40,261 bases of DNA, taken from positions 1 through 40,261 of the forward strand of contig JANBVK010000001.1 of the NCBI GenBank assembly GCA_024239035.1, written 5' to 3'. Both the position numbers and the translations under genes were made by a program. Positions within the stretch are counted from its first letter, which is position 1. Each line of letters opens with the position of its first letter. The notes beneath the pieces are model-generated. The model had not been told where the DNA came from and ran no database searches. It worked only from the letters and a program-made list of their open reading frames with translations. Positions 34,866-40,261 of this stretch are shown in pieces. The stretch comes from Patescibacteria group bacterium. GTDB lineage: Bacteria; Patescibacteriota; Minisyncoccia; UBA6257; GWB1-50-10.

Positions 34866-36824
34866 ATGGCACGCAGCGCAGAAGTCAATATAGGAGATAA
34901 CGCATTAGCAGCTCAATACAATAATCTCCGCAAGGATGCGATTGCGGCGGCGCATTTGCTTGCCCACGAGCAGGCAACTCCTGATCTCACTCTTAAAGTT
35001 GAATCGGGAGTTTATTATATTGGTTCAACGCGCGTTGCGTTTGCGGGCGGGAACAGTCCCTCTTTTGTTGCACCGACTACAAACCCCCGCATTGACCTTC
35101 TTGTGATTGACAGCGCAGGAGTGCTCTCGATTGTCCAGGGCACGGAAGCGCCGAGCCCGAGCATACCGACCTACCCGCAGGATAAGGTAACTCTTTGTGA
35201 AGTGTTTAACCGCGTTGGCGAAACAAGCATTAAAGACATAGATGATACATCGAACGGTTACATTCAGCGGGACGTCCGCCCATTTTTAGGGAAATCCTTT
35301 GATCCAGCAAGCGTGGATCAGGACATTATTCCTGCAACCGACGATACCCACGATCTAGGAAGCGCAGCAAAACAATGGGCTGAGGTCCGAACCGTCAAAA
35401 TTTTCGTGGATGGCGCGGAAATGAAAGGGACACTTGAATCGTTTACTGCAGGCGAAAATCTTACCATCGGTGATCCCGCTGGCGTTGCATCTGGAAATAA
35501 GGTAAAGAAGGCATTTAATTACGGCGCAGCACTAGGGTCAGAGACAGTATTTAAAGCAACTGCAACCACAAACGTTGCGGCTGCACAAATTGCCGATGAT
35601 AAGTTCGTTCTTGCTTACTGGGACGGCACAAATGTAAGAGCAAGAGTGGCAACGGTATCGGGCACCACGCCTAGTTTCGGAACGGAAGTGACTATCAGCG
35701 GCGTAGCGTCGCAACCTGTCATAGATGTTTGTAAATTAGACACCGATAAATTTGTAGTTGTTTACTCACAAGGAAACCGAACGCGACTCGGTCGCCCCTG
35801 TTCGGTATCAGGAACAACTATTACACTCGGGACAATCAAAGATTTCGGCGACTTTCCAAGCGCGGACACATCAATTATAAAATGCGCCCAGCTTGATGTT
35901 GACAAATTTGTTGTGATGGCGGGAGCGCTGGACACAGCAGTAGTAATCTGGGCAAATACTGTAAGCGCATTAGTAATCACAAAAGGTAGTGACACTGCTC
36001 TTGGAATGGGAGCGCCGCCGACAGACAGCAAACACAATGCAAACGCTTCGCTTGCACAGGTTGACACCGATAAATTTGTGGCTGCATATCGAAAGGTGTC
36101 CGACAACGATGGCTATGTAAAAATAGGGACCGTAAGCGGAACAATCATCACGCTCGGAGGAGAGACGTCTTTCAACGCAGCCGATACGAGCGAGATTGAC
36201 GCTGTATGCCCGACCACCACCAATCTCATTGTCTCTTACAAAGACGAAGGTAATTCAAACCAGGGGACTCTGGTTGCAGCGACAATATCAGGCACTACGC
36301 CAACTTTTGGGAGCGAGGTGGTTTTTGAAACAGGCATTACTAATTTTACTTCAATAGCGAAAGTAGGCAGTAAGACAGTCGTCATTGCCTACCAAGACGC
36401 GGGAGACTCGAATCATGGAAAGGTGGTATCGGCAAAGATAAACGGGAATACGGTGAGCGGCGTAGGGACGGGCTTGGCGATTACTACGTTTAACGCGGCA
36501 ACCACGACCTACATTGCGATAGCAGACACAAATTCAACAGGATCGTTTATTGTGGGCTATCGCGATGAAGGCAATTCAAACCAGGGGACGGCCGTTGTTG
36601 GTGAAGGTGACACCGTTCAAAACTTTACTGGAATTGTACAAGCAACGGTAACTTCTGGTAATCCTGTCGACGTGAAACTGATCGGGACAGACAGCAACCA
36701 GAGCGGATTGACTACGGGACAAAAGTATTTCGCTGTTGACGGAGCATTAAGCACCAGTAATGAGAATGGCGATGATTCTAAGGTTGGCTGGGCAAAGACG
36801 GCAACCTCGATCGTAATAACATAA
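34866..36824 (+). CDS. Tail fibre / receptor-binding protein with about 50-aa repeats (beta-propeller-like)
   Basis: N-terminal NPRIDL.V; repeats D.DKFVV.Y and VSGT.IT.G.E. Confidence 0.75.
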   Translation: MARSAEVNIGDNALAAQYNNLRKDAIAAAHLLAHEQATPDLTLKVESGVYYIGSTRVAFAGGNSPSFVAPTTNPRIDLLVIDSAGVLSIVQGTEAPSPSIPTYPQDKVTLCEVFNRVGETSIKDIDDTSNGYIQRDVRPFLGKSFDPASVDQDIIPATDDTHDLGSAAKQWAEVRTVKIFVDGAEMKGTLESFTAGENLTIGDPAGVASGNKVKKAFNYGAALGSETVFKATATTNVAAAQIADDKFVLAYWDGTNVRARVATVSGTTPSFGTEVTISGVASQPVIDVCKLDTDKFVVVYSQGNRTRLGRPCSVSGTTITLGTIKDFGDFPSADTSIIKCAQLDVDKFVVMAGALDTAVVIWANTVSALVITKGSDTALGMGAPPTDSKHNANASLAQVDTDKFVAAYRKVSDNDGYVKIGTVSGTIITLGGETSFNAADTSEIDAVCPTTTNLIVSYKDEGNSNQGTLVAATISGTTPTFGSEVVFETGITNFTSIAKVGSKTVVIAYQDAGDSNHGKVVSAKINGNTVSGVGTGLAITTFNAATTTYIAIADTNSTGSFIVGYRDEGNSNQGTAVVGEGDTVQNFTGIVQATVTSGNPVDVKLIGTDSNQSGLTTGQKYFAVDGALSTSNENGDDSKVGWAKTATSIVIT

Positions 36825-36834
36825 TCAAATAAAC

Positions 36835-37068
36835 ATGGATAACCAAAATCTGCACAACGAAATAATGCGTGCCATCGGACATCTTGAGGGGACAGTTAAA
36901 GAAGGATTCAAAAATACAGAGAACCATTTTAAATCAATAAACGGAAAGGTTGAAAGACATGACAAGGAAATTAATGCTCTAAAAACAAAAGCCACTATCC
37001 TTTGGGGCGGGGCAACTTTGACGGCAATTGCAGTCTGGGAGTTCATTAAAAGTAAAATTTACAGATAA
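36835..37068 (+). CDS. Holin-like small protein (coiled coil plus C-terminal TM)
   Basis: INGKV..H...I followed by a hydrophobic helix; precedes the endolysin. Confidence 0.6.
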   Translation: MDNQNLHNEIMRAIGHLEGTVKEGFKNTENHFKSINGKVERHDKEINALKTKATILWGGATLTAIAVWEFIKSKIYR

Positions 37069-37070
37069 AA

Positions 37071-37685
37071 ATGAGAACGCTTCAACTATATTATTCTTTA
37101 CACCCCTGGACGGTTGCCCAAAAATTCGGCCTAAACGGCGAATTCTATCGCAAGAATGGAATAAACATCAAAGGCCATAACGGCATCGATGCGGTCCGGG
37201 GCGGCGGCCACGAAATTCACGCCGCAAATGTCCGGGCCGCCCACGACGGAGTAGTCACTTACGTCGGTGTGGACAACAAAGAAGGATACGGCGTCGTGAT
37301 AAGGACCAAAAAACAGTTTCTCGATGTGAACGGTCAGCCGCATTTCTGGAAAACGATCTACTGGCATCTCCTACCGAACATTCCGGTCAAAGTCGGACAA
37401 GAAGTGAAAATCGGCGACATACTCGGCGAAGCCGACAATACCGGTTTCAGCTTTGGCAGTCATCTCCATTTCGGCTTGAAGCCGATTTACCAGGGCGAAA
37501 ACGACTGGACGTGGTTCAATCTCGATCAAAGCAATGGTTATTTTGGAGCGGTGGATCCCGAGCCGTACTTTACTGGATTGACTGCCTATGATCTCACGAC
37601 AAAGTTCCGCGACATCGCAAAGATTCTCAAAGAGATATTTAACTTGATAATGAGCTTCAAAAAGATAGTTTCTAAAAGGTCGTAA
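37071..37685 (+). CDS. M23-family peptidase, putative endolysin
   Basis: HNGID (HxxxD), YWHL, V..GQ.V..G..LG..DNTG.S.GSHLHF (HxH). Confidence 0.9.
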   Translation: MRTLQLYYSLHPWTVAQKFGLNGEFYRKNGINIKGHNGIDAVRGGGHEIHAANVRAAHDGVVTYVGVDNKEGYGVVIRTKKQFLDVNGQPHFWKTIYWHLLPNIPVKVGQEVKIGDILGEADNTGFSFGSHLHFGLKPIYQGENDWTWFNLDQSNGYFGAVDPEPYFTGLTAYDLTTKFRDIAKILKEIFNLIMSFKKIVSKRS

Positions 37686-37698
37686 TAAAAAATTCACC

Positions 37699-37977
37699 AT
37701 GGAAATAGGAAACATTCAAGAACTCTGGTCTGTAATCGGAGCCTATGCGTTAACTGGCGTGATCGTAACGACACTGATTCAGGTTACGAAAGAATGGATT
37801 AGCTCCCGGCGCGGTAAAGTATTTTGGGCAATTATCATATCGCTTGCTGCCGGCGTCGGCATTTACTTCCTGAATCTCCTGCCCGGCTCGTGGCTCGTGA
37901 TGCTCGCTGGCATTTATGGATCGGCCAATACGTTCTATTTACTGTTTTTCAAATCAAAGGAAGACAAGGGGACTTAG
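37699..37977 (+). CDS. Putative holin
   Basis: 92 aa with 2-3 TM helices and a charged C-terminus; follows the endolysin. Confidence 0.7.
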   Translation: MEIGNIQELWSVIGAYALTGVIVTTLIQVTKEWISSRRGKVFWAIIISLAAGVGIYFLNLLPGSWLVMLAGIYGSANTFYLLFFKSKEDKGT

Positions 37978-37980
37978 TGC

Positions 37981-38009
37981 TTGACACGCAAAGTACCGCG
38001 CTCTATACT
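37981..38009 (+). promoter_or_regulatory. Sigma70 promoter for the integrase
   Basis: TTGACA-17 bp-TATACT. Confidence 0.85.
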
Positions 38010-38034
38010 CCTTACCACAATTAAAAAACCTATT

Positions 38035-38197
38035 GTCCCGGAAGGGATCACCCGCAGCGGCGGGAGATATGACCGATGGGGTTCAAAATTGCCGAGAGAG
38101 GCAATATAATGATAACGCGATGGCGAAAGCTGTCGTAGTGCCTTGCAAGGCGCGCACGAACCCACCGTTGAGTCATATCGCGGTGGGTTTCGTGTTT
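38035..38197 (+). promoter_or_regulatory. Highly structured integrase 5' leader with two mutually exclusive folds
   Basis: 38066-38084 can pair with 38158-38179; alternatively 38155-38167 pairs with 38181-38194. Several small internal hairpins. Confidence 0.6.
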
Positions 38198-39160
38198 ATG
38201 AAATTCAGTGATGCAATAGAAAAATTTATTAACAGATCTGATTTAGAGAGAGCAGAAGGAACTGTAAAAGCGTATGAACAAGATCTCAAGAGATTCTGCG
38301 TCTTCACGCACAACCCTATCATCACAGAGATAACAGAAGAGAATGTGGTGGCGTACTTCCGGTTGCTCATCGAGTTGAAATACAAAAAGAATGCGTTTAT
38401 TCCCATACAACAATCCTTAATAAACTTCTTTAGATATTGGAGGAGAAAGGGACTTTACGTTCTGGATCACGAATTGATCCCCCGGACCAAAAAAGAATTC
38501 AGGATGCCGGATGTCGCCACAGAGGAAGATTACAGGAAGATGTTGGCGGCCATTCCTCAAGACACCAACCAGGCATTCCACATCAGGAACCGCGCCATGG
38601 TCATGTTCCTTGAAGCGACCGGCTGTCGCAACGGTGAGATGTGCTCTCTCAATATTGGTGATTCTAACTCTAGTCAAATCAAAAAAAATTACCTCGATCT
38701 AAGAAATCAAAAAGCATTGATCGAGACAGAAAAGAATAGAGGCAGTAGGCCCATTAGAGAGATATATTGGAAGGACAGCAAAGAAACTCACGAGGCGTTA
38801 TTAAAATGGATCGCAAGACGTTCTGAAATGAAAAAACATATAGTTTTTAAGGACCCTGACGCTCTCTTCGTAGGTTGTATGGGCTGGCAAGTAGGGAAAC
38901 GGCTGATGAACAGTGCAGTATGTATTGCGCTGCGCAAAATTTCAAGGAGTGCCGGGCTTACTTACAATTTTCATCCTCACATGCTCCGCCATAAATTCGG
39001 GCACGATCTTAATCGTGAAGGAGCAAATGCCTTTACAATTGCCGGGCTATTAGGACATGTTTTAGTAGAGAGTTCAAAAATTTATACGGAGATGGATAAT
39101 AAAGAGAGGCAAGAGGCGTATGTGAAATATAAGGGGGACCGGCACAAGAAAGACCAGTAG
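38198..39160 (+). CDS. int: Tyrosine recombinase (integrase)
   Basis: RNRAM..FL.ATGCR.GE (R), KN (K), HPHMLRH (HxxR), LLGH, IYT (Y); adjacent to attR. ATG 38198 preferred. Confidence 0.95.
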   Translation: MKFSDAIEKFINRSDLERAEGTVKAYEQDLKRFCVFTHNPIITEITEENVVAYFRLLIELKYKKNAFIPIQQSLINFFRYWRRKGLYVLDHELIPRTKKEFRMPDVATEEDYRKMLAAIPQDTNQAFHIRNRAMVMFLEATGCRNGEMCSLNIGDSNSSQIKKNYLDLRNQKALIETEKNRGSRPIREIYWKDSKETHEALLKWIARRSEMKKHIVFKDPDALFVGCMGWQVGKRLMNSAVCIALRKISRSAGLTYNFHPHMLRHKFGHDLNREGANAFTIAGLLGHVLVESSKIYTEMDNKERQEAYVKYKGDRHKKDQ

Positions 39161-39179
39161 CTGTCCACAACCTACTCAC

Positions 39180-39207
39180 TTGACTCGTTAGGAGTAGGTA
39201 TTAGAAT
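39180..39207 (+). promoter_or_regulatory. Promoter P1 of the small HTH-like gene, with a repeated operator-like motif in the spacer
   Basis: TTGACT-16-TAGAAT; spacer contains CGTTAGGAGT. Confidence 0.6.
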
Positions 39208-39215
39208 TATGGCAT

Positions 39216-39467
39216 ATGAAACCAAAAGTAAACCGAAATGAGGAAATTGTTGCGCTCCACGATCATGACCCTATTAAGTATTCTTTTGGCAATCTTGCGA
39301 AAAAATACAGGAATTCAAAGACAAAAAAGCCACTTTCTAAACAAACAATTTACGAGATTTATATTCGAGAAAAAGCAAGGCGTGGAAATAAGAGTGCGCT
39401 TAATTCATCACTCGTGAAAAACAAGTATCCGCAGTTTTTGAAGCGTAAGGAGTTATCCACAGTTTGA
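39216..39467 (+). CDS. Small basic HTH-like protein (candidate repressor or excisionase)
   Basis: RNEEIV.L...YSFGNLAKKY...LSKQTIYEIY.RE; lies between int and attR. Confidence 0.7.
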   Translation: MKPKVNRNEEIVALHDHDPIKYSFGNLAKKYRNSKTKKPLSKQTIYEIYIREKARRGNKSALNSSLVKNKYPQFLKRKELSTV

Positions 39468-39470
39468 TAT

Positions 39471-39498
39471 TTGATATCGTAAGGAGTATAAGTATACT
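39471..39498 (+). promoter_or_regulatory. Promoter P2 facing attR and tRNA-Trp
   Basis: TTGATA-16-TATACT; spacer contains CGTAAGGAGT; DnaA box TTATCCACA at 39453-39461. Confidence 0.6.
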
Positions 39499-39619
39499 AA
39501 AAATAAGAAAGCACATTAGAAATCAAATAAAATAAATTGCTCGCCTGCCGAGTTCGTGACTGTGGCCACAGTCATGGGTTCAGCAGACGAGCAACATGGG
39601 GCATTTCTGCTCCTGCACT

Positions 39620-39676
39620 AAGAAGTTTTGCCGTTGGTGTAGAAAACACCAAACTCACAAAGAGAGCAAGAAGTAG
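39620..39676 (+). pseudogene. rpmG: attR: displaced original 3' end of rpmG
   Basis: Encodes KKFCRWCRKHQTHKESKK-stop; 48/57 nt identical to 7513-7569. Confidence 0.92.
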
Positions 39677-39688
39677 TTTTCTGTCTTA

Positions 39689-39759
39689 GGGGGTATAGTT
39701 CAATGGCAGAACGGCGGTCTCCAAAACCGTTAATCTGGGTTCGAATCCTAGTACCCCCG
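39689..39759 (+). tRNA. tRNA-Trp(CCA)
   Basis: Acceptor GGGGGTA/TACCCCC, anticodon arm GCGGT-CTCCAAA-ACCGT, T-loop TTCGAAT. Confidence 0.97.
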
Positions 39760-39768
39760 CAAATTTTG

Positions 39769-39795
39769 AAGACGTCCCCTTGTGGGACGTTTTTG
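39769..39795 (+). terminator. Hairpin/terminator after tRNA-Trp
   Basis: AAGACGTCCC-CTTGT-GGGACGTTTT. Confidence 0.6.
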
Positions 39796-39914
39796 AAATT
39801 TTGTAGTGGGATTTGAACAGGGAAAAGCTTGAAATTCACCTACCTCTCCAATACCACAAACTCCGCCTCGGGGAGGGTATTAGAACTTTTTAGGATCTAT
39901 TCTAAAATTAGAAT

Positions 39915-40261
39915 ATGGAATATAAGCTTACATACTTTATAGTGGGCATTGGATTCTTGTTATTATGGTTATTCCTTTTTTTATGGCGTAAAGATACTAG
40001 AAAGGAAATGCTCAGTATGTCTGTTATTTTGGGAATTTTAGGGCCCATATCTAACTCATTATTTATTAAAGATTGGTGGACTCCTTTAACAATAGATGGC
40101 ACAGGTGTTGGTCTCATTGATTCTATATTAGTCGGATTTGCGATCGGTGGCATAGTTGGTGTTATTTATGAGGATATATTTAGAAAAAAACACAGGAGAG
40201 ATAAAAGATTAATCTCAAATAAAGAGCGGGTGTTATTTTATCTAATGGTCCCAGTTTCTTT
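39915..40261 (+). CDS. Polytopic membrane protein (lycopene-cyclase-domain-like), 3'-truncated by the window edge
   Basis: Open to the window end: MEYKLTYFIVGIGFLLLWLFLFLWRKDTRKEML...DWW.P...F.IGGI..VIYE; TAAAAT ends 6 nt before the ATG. Confidence 0.7.
   Translation, partial: MEYKLTYFIVGIGFLLLWLFLFLWRKDTRKEMLSMSVILGILGPISNSLFIKDWWTPLTIDGTGVGLIDSILVGFAIGGIVGVIYEDIFRKKHRRDKRLISNKERVLFYLMVPVS

Larger units (their letters stand above)
7513..39630 (+). mobile_element. Prophage (siphovirus-like, HK97 head), about 32.1 kb, integrated in rpmG
   Basis: Full replication/packaging/head/tail/lysis/integrase gene set, bounded by the direct repeat AAGAAGTTTTG(T/C)CGTTGGTGTAG at 7513 and 39620. Removing it restores rpmG-tRNA-Trp. 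Confidence 0.95.

Noticed and set aside
34866-36824. Diversity-generating retroelement target in the tail fibre
   Set aside because: No reverse transcriptase in the window, and the internal repeats do not show adenine-specific mismatches.
580-37715. Numerous minus-strand and nested ORFs in the ORF track (e.g. 12012-12614, 16392-16967, 22798-23583, 31283-31963)
   Set aside because: They are antisense shadows of well-supported plus-strand genes, with no recognisable motifs or expression signals.
38033-38197. N-terminal extension of the integrase from TTG 38033 as given in the ORF track
   Set aside because: The region is densely base-paired, directly follows a consensus promoter, and its translation does not look like an integrase domain; ATG 38198 gives a normal 320-aa enzyme.
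7387-39215. Identical 14-mer TAGAATTATGGCAT before rpmG (7387-7400) and before the HTH-like gene (39202-39215), considered as an att site
   Set aside because: A few 14-bp matches are expected by chance in 40 kb, both copies are explained as -10 box plus short leader, and the rpmG 3' duplication defines the att sites far better.
7686-39467. Alternative genetic code (stop-codon reassignment) in phage or host
   Set aside because: Genes are full-length under code 11, and TGA, TAG and TAA all serve as stops with tight ATGA/TAATG coupling.
39908-40153. Minus-strand 81-aa ORF at the right end
   Set aside because: It overlaps a more convincing plus-strand membrane protein starting at 39915 that runs off the window.

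Overview
The window is a stretch of bacterial chromosome that I infer to be Patescibacteria/Parcubacteria (CPR), from the gene order rpsP-khpA-trmD-rpsB-tsf, the short EF-Ts, SD-poor starts and in-frame palindromic repeats. Host genes (a peptidoglycan-binding protein, rpsP, KH protein, trmD, rpsB, tsf, tRNA-Tyr, purH, two tRNA-Thr, rpmG) are followed by an apparently complete, about 32.1 kb siphovirus-type prophage (about 7513-39630). The prophage is integrated inside the ribosomal protein gene rpmG (L33). It repairs the gene with a largely synonymously recoded 3' end; the displaced original 3' end lies at the right junction, just before tRNA-Trp. The prophage carries recombination/replication genes, a ParB-methyltransferase, terminase, a portal-MuF fusion, HK97-type head genes, a tail module with a -1 frameshift, a lysis cassette and a tyrosine integrase, with no classical CI/Cro switch. 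The most novel-looking signals are regulatory. (i) Two late promoters are each followed by a shared 24-nt hairpin that overlaps an intrinsic terminator, and a DUF2292/YezD-like small gene lies nearby: a candidate protein-dependent antitermination system. (ii) A riboswitch-like two-state leader precedes the integrase. (iii) An operator-flanked promoter faces outward at attR. (iv) An AAAGGTCG motif recurs 16-45 nt upstream of start codons. All family assignments come from motif recognition by eye; no database searches were run.
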